Assembly (NCBI GenBank): GCA_045661325.1
Contig: JAZRFK010000039.1
Span: 4,563 to 68,562, forward strand
Source: Eubacteriales bacterium
GTDB taxonomy: Bacteria > Bacillota > Clostridia > Oscillospirales > CAG-272
Length of the DNA: 64,000 bases
Reading direction: 5' to 3'
The notes under the pieces were generated by a model. It saw nothing but the letters and a program-made list of their open reading frames with translations, was not told the DNA's origin and searched no databases. The first letter of the stretch is position 1. Every line of letters begins with the position of its first letter. The translations under genes were made by a program, and so were the position numbers. This document shows, in pieces, positions 26,944 through 34,550 of the stretch.

Positions 26944-29049
26944 ATGAGAACCGAGCAGAATTACGATTTTCAGCGTGAGCTTTTGACGGTGCATGAGCCT
27001 CACTTGCAAGACGAAAGCCGCACAAAGAGGGCAGACGAGCTTTGGCTCTCTGACGGTGCGCGCATTCGCATTGATGCAAATGCCTCTGAGGTAATAGCTG
27101 TTGCCGCCGCCGATTTTTGTGATTATCTCTCCGTTTCGATGGGTGTCAAGGCATCCGTTGTGACCGAGGGTGAGGGCGACGTGACCGTTCGTCTCGCCGC
27201 CGACGTGGGCGTGGATCTCGGCGAGTTTGCCGCTTACAAGGGCTTCCGTATCGAGACCGACAAGGACGGCATCGTCATCACCGCGCACGATGACAGAGGT
27301 GCGGGACAGGCACTCTTCTATATTGAAGACCTTATGACCTTTGAGGGCGCGCCCTGTCTTGCCTACGGCAAGATCGAAAAGCGTGCCATGTACACTCCGC
27401 AGATGGTACATTCAGCGTACGATATTGACGAATTTCCCGATGAGTACATCGCGCGCATTGCTCACGAGGGACGAGATGCACTTCTCATCTTTACCAAGGG
27501 CGTTGGCATCTCCGCGCGCGGTGAGGAGGACTTTAACGATCTCATCCGCCGCGCCGCACGTTACGGTGTTGATGTGTATGCATACAGCAAGATCAAGAGT
27601 GAAAAGCACCCCGACGATCCCGATGCGGAAGAATACTACGACAGCACCTACGGTGAGCTGTTCCGCCGCTTCCCTGGACTTCGCGGCGTGACGCTGGTTG
27701 GCGAGTCCATTGGATTTCCCTCCAAGGACACTCGTTCCGGTCCGTGGCACAACCCCGACGGTATCCCTTCCGGAAAGACGCATCCCGGATTTTTCCCCTG
27801 CTACGATTATCCCGAATGGATGAATATGCTCAAAAACGCCATCCGCCGTGTTAAGCCGGACGCTGACATTGTTCTTTGGACATATAACTTTGGCTGGTGC
27901 TCGAAAGAAGAGCGTGTCAAGCTTATTGAGTCACTCCCCACCGACATCTCCCTCAACGTCACCTTTGAGATGTACGAGTTTAAGCCGTGCGGTAATTCGC
28001 TCATCAAGTGCTGTGACTATACCCTTGCCTTTGAGGGCCCCGGTTCTTATTTTGCGAGCGAGGCAGAGGTGGCAAAGCGCCGTGGCATCCGCCTCTATTC
28101 TATGACCAACACGGGCGGCAGAACCTGGGACTTTGGCGTTGCTACCTATGAGCCGATGCCTTATCAGTGGATGCGCCGTTACGCCGCCATGAGCCGTGCA
28201 CAGAAGGATTGGGGACTTTCCGGTATTATGGAAAGCCACCACTTCGGCTTCTATCCCTCCATCATTACCAAGCTTTCCAAGCACGCCTTTATGCTCCCCG
28301 AGGAGAATTATGAGGAGCTTCTTGATAAGATCTTAAAGGCTGAATACGGAAAAGAGAACCTTGAAAGCGCCAAGGCAGCGCTTGCCGATTTCAGCGAGGC
28401 TATCCGCTACTATACCCCCACCGAGTCGGATCAGTACGGTGCGCTCCGTGTCGGTCCTGCACATCCCTTCAATCTGGCGCAGACCATCAAGATCCCCTCT
28501 GATCCCAACTCGATGTTTGCTGACCGCATCTGGAAGCCCAAGTACCTGACCACCATTGTCGGACACTGGCTCACATCCGTCTCTCCTCAGGCGATCCGTG
28601 TTCGTGAGGAGGCAAAGTCGATGCAGACCATGCTTTCCCTGATGGAGTCGGGTATTGCCAAGCTGGCCGCCGCTCCTGTGCAAAATGCAAAGCTCGTCCG
28701 CCTTGCAGGGCTTGGACAGTTTATCGCCAACTCCGTCAAGACGGGTATCGCCGCAAAATATTTCCACCTGCTCGATGCAGAGTTGAAGGTTGCTACTGAT
28801 ATTGACAGACAGAAAGCTATCTGCGACGAGATGGAGGCCATCCTTCTTGCAGAGCGTCAAAATGCTCTCGATACCATTCCGCTCGTTGAAGCGGACTCTT
28901 CGCTCGGCTACGAGCCCTCCATGCACTATATGTGCGACAAGGAACACCTTGAATGGAAAATTCGCCATACCGACTACGTTCTCGGCATCGAGATTCCCGA
29001 GCTTCGCGCTTCCATCAAGACCCATGAGGAATTTTTGAAAAAGCAATAA
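26944..29049 (+). CDS. Hypothetical 701-aa protein, putative glycoside-hydrolase-like (GH20b-like N-terminal domain)
   Basis: Long clean ORF with AAGGAG RBS; N-terminal segment VRLAADVGVDLGEFAAYKGFRIETDKDGIVITAHDDRGAGQALFYIEDL resembles the accessory domain of hexosaminidase-type enzymes; catalytic family not recognised. Confidence 0.45.
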   Translation: MRTEQNYDFQRELLTVHEPHLQDESRTKRADELWLSDGARIRIDANASEVIAVAAADFCDYLSVSMGVKASVVTEGEGDVTVRLAADVGVDLGEFAAYKGFRIETDKDGIVITAHDDRGAGQALFYIEDLMTFEGAPCLAYGKIEKRAMYTPQMVHSAYDIDEFPDEYIARIAHEGRDALLIFTKGVGISARGEEDFNDLIRRAARYGVDVYAYSKIKSEKHPDDPDAEEYYDSTYGELFRRFPGLRGVTLVGESIGFPSKDTRSGPWHNPDGIPSGKTHPGFFPCYDYPEWMNMLKNAIRRVKPDADIVLWTYNFGWCSKEERVKLIESLPTDISLNVTFEMYEFKPCGNSLIKCCDYTLAFEGPGSYFASEAEVAKRRGIRLYSMTNTGGRTWDFGVATYEPMPYQWMRRYAAMSRAQKDWGLSGIMESHHFGFYPSIITKLSKHAFMLPEENYEELLDKILKAEYGKENLESAKAALADFSEAIRYYTPTESDQYGALRVGPAHPFNLAQTIKIPSDPNSMFADRIWKPKYLTTIVGHWLTSVSPQAIRVREEAKSMQTMLSLMESGIAKLAAAPVQNAKLVRLAGLGQFIANSVKTGIAAKYFHLLDAELKVATDIDRQKAICDEMEAILLAERQNALDTIPLVEADSSLGYEPSMHYMCDKEHLEWKIRHTDYVLGIEIPELRASIKTHEEFLKKQ

Positions 29050-29060
29050 AAGAAAAACAG

Positions 29061-29088
29061 AAAAAACCACCCGACGGGTGGTTTTTTC
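29061..29088. terminator. Bidirectional terminator between convergent genes
   Basis: A-run, ACCACCC / GGGTGGT hairpin, T-run. Confidence 0.8.
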
Positions 29089-29092
29089 TATA

Positions 29093-29914
29093 TTAATCGG
29101 GAATTTCGGTGTATTTTACACGCTCGATCCATTTTCGTAGGAAGTATTCACTCGATAGCCCAACGCCCATCTCAGCGTTGCATTCGAAGATCATGCCATC
29201 AAGGCGACCTTCCTTCATCAGCTTAAGTCCGTACTCGCACTGGAATTCCATCTGCTCATTGGAAAGCGGCTCTCCTGCTTCAAAGTCGTACATATAAATG
29301 CCAAGCAGCTTTTTCTTATCCGGAAAGCTTTTTTCGATCTTTTCAAAACGCTCGGGAAGCTCGGGCAGCTCCTTCGAGTTCCAGGTCCAAAGGGTGAGTC
29401 CATCGATGTATTGCATAAGGCGCGGCTCAACCATTTCAAATTCCAGCGTGTACCATACCACGTAAAGCTCCATAGGGCGACACGCCTTGTCAAGCCCCGC
29501 GCGAACCTCCTTGAGAAGCGCCTCGGCGCGCTCGGTCATATCGGGCAGACCGCGGAACTTGAGCAGAAAGTCATCCATAAATGCACCGGCAATATTGGGG
29601 TATTTCTCCGCAAGATCGCAAACAAATGCCTCCTCATTTCCAACGCGGAAGCCGTGAGAGCCGGTGACGCCCCACAAGACTTTATCCATGCGGCAAAAGC
29701 TCTCGGCATAGCCGTAGGCATCGTTTGAGAAGGGGACGGGAATGCCGTCACAGTTGATCATCAGCATATTGGGAATATCCAACATAAACGCGCCCTCTGC
29801 GGGCGTGATGCGCGAGGTGGTGCATCTGCGGTTGTTGAAGCTTCTTCCCAGCCAAGGGTCGTCCTGATGCGCTCGAACACCAAACATCCAAAATTTGTCT
29901 TTTGCAATCGCCAT
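29093..29914 (-). CDS. Hypothetical 273-aa protein
   Basis: ATG 29914 (MAIAKDKFW) preceded by AAGGAGG; no family recognised. Confidence 0.5.
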   Translation of the reverse strand: MAIAKDKFWMFGVRAHQDDPWLGRSFNNRRCTTSRITPAEGAFMLDIPNMLMINCDGIPVPFSNDAYGYAESFCRMDKVLWGVTGSHGFRVGNEEAFVCDLAEKYPNIAGAFMDDFLLKFRGLPDMTERAEALLKEVRAGLDKACRPMELYVVWYTLEFEMVEPRLMQYIDGLTLWTWNSKELPELPERFEKIEKSFPDKKKLLGIYMYDFEAGEPLSNEQMEFQCEYGLKLMKEGRLDGMIFECNAEMGVGLSSEYFLRKWIERVKYTEIPD

Positions 29915-30032
29915 AGGTTGATATCCTCCTTGTTTTAGCGGTTCACATCGCCGTCCGCGCGAAGCACCGCACTGTTGAGAATATGGGCATCGTCTGAGCA
30001 AAGGAAGCTTGCCAAAAGGCCATCATAAAAGT

Positions 30033-30063
30033 AAAACCTCATCCTGTTCGGATGAGGTTTTAC
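30033..30063. terminator. Terminator downstream of tRNA-Ala
   Basis: AAAACCTCATCC / GGATGAGGTTTT hairpin. Confidence 0.75.
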
Positions 30064-30064
30064 T

Positions 30065-30140
30065 TGGTGGAGCATAGGGGATTCGAACCCCTGACCCCAA
30101 CACTGCCAGTGTTGTGCGCTCCCAACTGCGCTAATGCCCC
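30065..30140 (-). tRNA. tRNA-Ala (anticodon GGC), CCA encoded
   Basis: Hand-folded cloverleaf, 76 nt: acceptor GGGGCAT/ATGCTCC with the G3:U70 Ala identity pair, anticodon loop CTGGCAG, T-loop TTCGAAT. Confidence 0.9.
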
Positions 30141-30170
30141 GTTTCATTGGTTTTACAATGGAACAGGCGT

Positions 30171-30199
30171 ATTATAGCAAAGATGGCGCCAATTGTCAA
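30171..30199 (-). promoter_or_regulatory. tRNA-Ala promoter
   Basis: TTGACA (30199-30194), 17 nt, TATAAT (30176-30171). Confidence 0.75.
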
Positions 30200-30301
30200 G
30201 AGGTTTTAAGAAAAAACATTGCCGTTGACGAAAAAAGTTTTCCACCGAAGGAAACAAAATAAAAAAGAAAAAACTTTTCTCATCTTTTTTTCAAAAACCT
30301 T

Positions 30302-30330
30302 TTGACTTTTTGATTTTTGTTTGATATAAT
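30302..30330 (+). promoter_or_regulatory. tRNA-Glu promoter
   Basis: TTGACT (30302-30307), 17 nt, TATAAT (30325-30330). Confidence 0.75.
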
Positions 30331-30349
30331 ACGCCTGTTCCAATTCAAT

Positions 30350-30424
30350 GGCCCGTTGGTCAAGCGGTTAAGACGTTAGCCTCTCACGCTGAAAACATGG
30401 GTTCGATTCCCGTACGGGTCACCA
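30350..30424 (+). tRNA. tRNA-Glu (anticodon CTC), CCA encoded
   Basis: Hand-folded, 75 nt: acceptor GGCCCGT/ACGGGTC, anticodon stem TTAGC/GCTGA, loop CTCTCAC, T-arm ATGGG-TTCGATT-CCCGT. Confidence 0.88.
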
Positions 30425-30425
30425 G

Positions 30426-30462
30426 AACGAAGCACACCGAAAGGTGTGCTTTTTTCGTTCTG
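30426..30462 (+). terminator. Terminator after tRNA-Glu
   Basis: GCACACC-GAAA-GGTGTGC hairpin followed by TTTTTT; flanks extend the pairing (see findings). Confidence 0.8.
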
Positions 30463-30667
30463 GTGGCCCGTACGCCTTCGAGCCCACCGCGCACACAACT
30501 TTATGCCGCCCCTTGCGCTCTCTTCAAATTTCTTCCGTTCTCCCCTTCTGCGCCTTTCTTTCCGCGCGGTTGGGTTCGAGCGTTCGCTATAAGCCGAAGG
30601 GAGCTTGCTCACAAAAGGCGCGGCGAACGCCGCCGATGCCGCCAAGGGCGGCAGGCGGATTCCCGTA

Positions 30668-30700
30668 TAAAAAAAGCACTCTTTTCAGAGTGCTTTTTTC
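30668..30700 (-). terminator. Terminator downstream of lipoprotein gene
   Basis: A-run, GCACTCT / AGAGTGC hairpin, T-run; bidirectional in form. Confidence 0.7.
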
Positions 30701-30781
30701 GTTCCGCTGACCCGTTGGATGTTCTTTCCCGGGAACAAAGAAATAGTCGTAATTGTAATTTATATTCTCTCCACAGCGGGT

Positions 30782-31453
30782 TTAATTTTTGTATTTAAAG
30801 TAGGTAAACAGTGTGCAAATAAAGTACAGCACCGCGCCGCCTATCATTATACCGCCCGGTCCACTTCCCCAGTTGAGGCTGATGACAAGGGTAACGATAC
30901 CGAATATGATCAAGCCCCCAAGCCACATAAACGACGGCAGCGCGGTATTGGAATCACACGCATCGCACATCGCCATATATACCGACCATAGACCCCCAAG
31001 CAAAACAACGGCGATAATAACGGTAAGGACGTATCTCCAGGCACTTGAACTATTTTCTGTCTTCTGATTGGCAAGGACAGAAAAATAAACTACCGATTCC
31101 TCCGTCAAAACGTCGTTTATTTCAACGGTAAAGTAGGTCTTATCCTCAAATTTAATGTCATCGGGCACCTCAAGAAAAAAATTCTTTTTCTTCATTAAGC
31201 TGCTATAATCCACATAATACTCTAAACGAACTCTTATTATCCCGTAATCCTCTATGGGATGCTCATCGGAGTTATAATAAAAGCGAAAAACCGTAGAGTC
31301 CTTTTTCACCTCTATCTCGTCGGTTACATAGCCGCCTAAGTTTACCGCCTTGTCAGGATCAAAACCGCAGGAGGTGGCACACGCAGAGACAAGGAGGATT
31401 AGCAATAACGAAATCAAAATTTTAGATAATACGCGGATTTTCGAAGCCTTCAC
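30782..31453 (-). CDS. Membrane lipoprotein, function unknown
   Basis: GTG 31453 after GGAGAG RBS gives (M)KASKIRVLSKILISLLLILLVSAC with lipobox LVSAC; hydrophobic helices at the C-terminus; AT-rich codons unlike neighbouring genes. Confidence 0.6.
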   Translation of the reverse strand: MKASKIRVLSKILISLLLILLVSACATSCGFDPDKAVNLGGYVTDEIEVKKDSTVFRFYYNSDEHPIEDYGIIRVRLEYYVDYSSLMKKKNFFLEVPDDIKFEDKTYFTVEINDVLTEESVVYFSVLANQKTENSSSAWRYVLTVIIAVVLLGGLWSVYMAMCDACDSNTALPSFMWLGGLIIFGIVTLVISLNWGSGPGGIMIGGAVLYFICTLFTYFKYKN

Positions 31454-31705
31454 ATCAACACTCTCCGTAAAGTTATTTTTCAATTTGCCCGTCGCTGTTA
31501 TCTTTTGCAGCACCCGTTCACAACAGGTGTTTAAATTATTATACAACAATGTAATAAAAAATGCAAGTATTTATCGGTGTTACCTTTGGCAACAGCTTTT
31601 ATTAATGAGGTTACTTGTGCTTATGCTTCAGATAATTCCGTCGCACGACGAATGATTGAATATTTGATATACAATACCAATCATAATTCAAAATGGGTGA
31701 AAATG

Positions 31706-31790
31706 ACAAAGTTCGATTTAGCTTTATATTGGCTCACCAGAAAACGAAAACCACCTCGCATGAGGTGGTTTTTTCGTTATGGCCGTCCTT
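31706..31790 (+). repeat. Degenerate second copy of the tRNA-Glu 3' end plus terminator module
   Basis: GTTCGATT (31711-31718) ... CTCACCAGAA(AA)CGAA, hairpin CCACCTC/GAGGTGG, then TTTTTTCGTTATGG. Compare GTTCGATT...GTCACCAGAACGAA, hairpin, TTTTTTCGTTCTGG at 30401-30463. Confidence 0.5.
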
Positions 31791-31826
31791 ACGGAGCGCA
31801 ATCGAAGCCAGCTTTTAGCGCGGCGC

Positions 31827-31868
31827 GCGATAGCGCAAGCGAGATGGCGCAAGCGCGATGGCGCAAGC
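31827..31868. repeat. 14-nt tandem repeat x3
   Basis: GCGATAGCGCAAGC / GAGATGGCGCAAGC / GCGATGGCGCAAGC, a GC-rich patch in an AT-rich intergenic region. Confidence 0.8.
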
Positions 31869-31932
31869 ATACACTTGGGTGCCAAGAGGCGAAATTTGTT
31901 TGTTTTTATATTCACATTCTTGTTCACAGAGA

Positions 31933-31961
31933 TTGAAAAATTGATAAATATGTGTTATAAT
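31933..31961 (+). promoter_or_regulatory. Promoter of small-protein/XRE unit
   Basis: TTGAAA (31933-31938), 17 nt, TATAAT (31956-31961). Confidence 0.7.
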
Positions 31962-31997
31962 ATTCTGCGCGATAAATAAGAGCTGGGAGGTAATGAA

Positions 31998-32345
31998 TTG
32001 AATCCCTCGATATACGTACCGATAATTGTTCTTTGGATTATCATATTTATTATGCTCCGCAATCGACGGAGAGCCGTCATTATGAGAAGAATAATTGAAA
32101 AAAGAAAATCAGGAGGAAACATAGAAATGAAAGAGCTTGCAACGAAATTCATTGATAAAGAATGTATTATTTATTCTTTTGACGGAAGCCATCAGTATGA
32201 GGGCGTAATAAAAGAAGTTACAGATGGAGCAATCCTGATAGAAAAGGACGGCAAGATTGAGGTGTTAAACCTCGACTTCGTTATCCGTATCAGAGAGTAT
32301 CCGAGAAACAAAAACGGAAAGAAAAAGTCCGTTATATTGGATTAA
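31998..32345 (+). CDS. Small hypothetical protein (115 aa from TTG 31998 with one TM helix, or 72 aa from ATG 32127)
   Basis: TTG 31998 follows GGGAGG; internal ATG 32127 follows a strong AGGAGG; C-terminal part MKELATKFIDKECIIYSFDG...LNLDFVIRIREYP; no family recognised. Confidence 0.5.
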   Translation: MNPSIYVPIIVLWIIIFIMLRNRRRAVIMRRIIEKRKSGGNIEMKELATKFIDKECIIYSFDGSHQYEGVIKEVTDGAILIEKDGKIEVLNLDFVIRIREYPRNKNGKKKSVILD

Positions 32346-32465
32346 CAGATTCCAATTTCACGGTCAATTTTGACTCTACCAACGGTTTATTTCTCCTCAC
32401 TAAACCAATGGTGGCTGTACTTTATACAAAATAACCGTTATACTGTATGCGAAGGGAGGGATTCT

Positions 32466-33071
32466 GTGAATCAATTAGCGATAGGAAAATTTATTGCCGC
32501 GTGCAGAAAAGAGAAAAAATTAACGCAAATGCAGTTGGCAGAAAAGCTCGGTATCACCGACAAGGCAATATCCAAATGGGAACGCGGCATCGCAATGCCG
32601 GATTCCTCGATTATGCTTGAACTCTGTGATATTCTCGGCATCAGTGTAAACGAATTATTAAGTGGGGAGAAAAACGGTATGGAAAACAACAATCGAAAAA
32701 ACGAACAGCTTTTACTTGAAATGGCAAAAGAATTAGAGGAGAAGAACAAAACGATTTGGTCTTCTATGTGGGCAATTATGATAGTAAGTATTACAGTACT
32801 GATTGCAGGTATCTTTGTTGCCGCATTCTTGATACCCGAAGGGGTTTGGCAGCTTGTCACCATTCTCGGTTGTTGCGTTGTATTTTTAATACCGTGCCTC
32901 TATGCGTTAAAGCTTGAAGTCAGTGTAGGTGCTTACAAGTGCCAAAACTGTGGGCACGAAATTGTACCCACCTATAAGCAGGCACTTAATGCGATGCACA
33001 GAGGAACGACTCGGTACTTGGCGTGTCCGAAATGCAACAAACGCACTTGGTGTAAAAAAGTATTAAAGTGA
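32466..33071 (+). CDS. XRE-family HTH protein with two TM helices and a C-terminal zinc ribbon
   Basis: GTG 32466 after GGGAGGG; HTH KKLTQMQLAEKLGITDKAISKWERG; two hydrophobic helices; CQNCGH...CPKCNK. Confidence 0.7.
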   Translation: MNQLAIGKFIAACRKEKKLTQMQLAEKLGITDKAISKWERGIAMPDSSIMLELCDILGISVNELLSGEKNGMENNNRKNEQLLLEMAKELEEKNKTIWSSMWAIMIVSITVLIAGIFVAAFLIPEGVWQLVTILGCCVVFLIPCLYALKLEVSVGAYKCQNCGHEIVPTYKQALNAMHRGTTRYLACPKCNKRTWCKKVLK

Positions 33072-33117
33072 TAAAAAAATATAGAAATAGAAAGCAAAAA
33101 GTTAAAAGGAGCTAACT

Positions 33118-33855
33118 ATGATTTACCGTTCCCACAGAGGCGGCGTGTTTTACACGCCCGAAAACACTATGCCCGCATTTGAAAGAGCCTTAAAGAGCGG
33201 CTTTGCCTTCGTTGAGACCGACCCGTGCTTAACCAAGGACGGAGTTATCGTGCTTTCTCACGATAAAACTGTTAACCGTGCCTGCCGCCACGCTGACGGC
33301 TCACGGATTGAGGAACAGGTGTTTATTGCCGATTTAACCTACGAGGAGCTTTTGGCCTTTGACGCGGGAATTGCCAAGGGCGAGGCGTTCCGCGGAACGA
33401 AAATCCCAAAGCTTGAAGAGCTGCTTGCCGCCGCAGAGGGAACGGGCGTTGCCATTACTATTGACAAATTTGTCAAGCTGCACGACGGTGAGGAGCTTGA
33501 CGCGCTTTTTGCGCTGGTGGCAAAATACAACACGCCCGTAGCCTACCTTTGCGAAACCTTAGAGCAGATTGAGAAGGTGCAAAGGCGCAATCCCGACGCG
33601 CACATTGATTGGGATGGGCTTTCCGACGAGGACACGCTCAAGGCAGTTCTTTCCCGTGTCAAGTACGAAAACCTCTTTGTCTGGCTCTATCTCGACAAGC
33701 CCAATTTTGCTTGGTTGAAGGAGTCCCTTCGCAAGACGTCGACAGAAAACTGCGAAAGGGTCAAGCGATATGCACGGCTTGGCATTGCCAACGTCAACAA
33801 TGCCGAGGACGTAAAGGAAGCGCTTGACTTCGAGCCTTATATCGTTGAGGTATAA
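33118..33855 (+). CDS. Glycerophosphodiester phosphodiesterase family protein
   Basis: YRSHRGGVFYTPENTMPAFERA, VETD and LSHD motifs of the GDPD fold. Confidence 0.8.
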   Translation: MIYRSHRGGVFYTPENTMPAFERALKSGFAFVETDPCLTKDGVIVLSHDKTVNRACRHADGSRIEEQVFIADLTYEELLAFDAGIAKGEAFRGTKIPKLEELLAAAEGTGVAITIDKFVKLHDGEELDALFALVAKYNTPVAYLCETLEQIEKVQRRNPDAHIDWDGLSDEDTLKAVLSRVKYENLFVWLYLDKPNFAWLKESLRKTSTENCERVKRYARLGIANVNNAEDVKEALDFEPYIVEV

Positions 33856-33870
33856 AACCGAAAGCCCCCA

Positions 33871-33917
33871 AAAAAGAGACTGCTTCGCTGATAGCGAAGC
33901 AGTCTCTTTTTATTTTT
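33871..33917. terminator. Bidirectional terminator
   Basis: AGAGACTGCTTCGC / GCGAAGCAGTCTCT hairpin flanked by A- and T-runs. Confidence 0.85.
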
Positions 33918-33921
33918 TCGG

Positions 33922-34497
33922 TTAGCGGACGCCCTCTGGGATTTCGACCTCGGTTGTGCCGTACTTTTCAAACGCGAAGAAATGCGACACATCGCCCATA
34001 TCCTCACGTCCCTCAATTTTGGTTATCACACCGTTTTCAAAGTACACGTTAAACTGATAAAAGCCGCTTTCCCCTTCGCCCTTCACATACAGGTACGATT
34101 TCGTTTGCTCATCGTAGGTAAAGCTTTCGTAGCTTGGCAGGCGGAAGCTTCGCATAAGAAAACTGACAGAAGCGGAAACACCGTTCATAGGGGAGCTGAG
34201 CACCCCATCGCGAACGCTATGCCACGTTTCACCTTTCTTTACCACCAGGCTCGTATAGCCATCGTTTTCGGTAAAAATCGCATCGCTTGTGATTTGCATC
34301 AGGAGAGTTTCCTGTCTGTCACGCTCGGTCACGTAGCCATTGACGGTGACGTTGCTTTGTGCAAACGCCGCGTTCCATTCCGCCTCGCTTACGGTTGTTT
34401 TCAAAGCGCCCGCTCCCGTTCCCGTGCAGGACACAACGCCAAGAAGAACGGAGCAGAAAAGGAGAGAGGCAAGCAAAAGAGAGAAAAGCTTTCTCAT
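33922..34497 (-). CDS. Lipoprotein, function unknown
   Basis: ATG 34497: MRKLFSLLLASLLFCSVLLGVVSCTG signal/lipobox; directly downstream of the alpha-galactosidase gene. Confidence 0.6.
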   Translation of the reverse strand: MRKLFSLLLASLLFCSVLLGVVSCTGTGAGALKTTVSEAEWNAAFAQSNVTVNGYVTERDRQETLLMQITSDAIFTENDGYTSLVVKKGETWHSVRDGVLSSPMNGVSASVSFLMRSFRLPSYESFTYDEQTKSYLYVKGEGESGFYQFNVYFENGVITKIEGREDMGDVSHFFAFEKYGTTEVEIPEGVR

Positions 34498-34550
34498 TAT
34501 TTTTATCCTTTCAAAATTGTTTTGAGGAACTTTCAAGCAGACGGCCCTTT

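Noticed and set aside
30464-30540. Possible extra tRNA on the minus strand (TGGTGGCCCGTACG looks like a tRNA 3' end)
   Set aside because: The reverse complement has no matching 5' acceptor strand, D-arm or T-loop. The similarity is explained by the inverted-repeat arm of the tRNA-Glu terminator hairpin.
30376-30798. 89-, 133- and 88-aa ORFs in the spacer after tRNA-Glu
   Set aside because: They are Arg/Pro-rich and run through the tRNA gene and two terminators. Not coding.
31827-31868. CRISPR array?
   Set aside because: It has only three contiguous 14-nt units with no spacers, and there are no cas genes in the window.
31577-31936. 119-aa ORF on the plus strand in the islet intergenic region
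   Set aside because: It reads through the tRNA-end-like module, a terminator hairpin and the 14-nt tandem repeats, and has no RBS.
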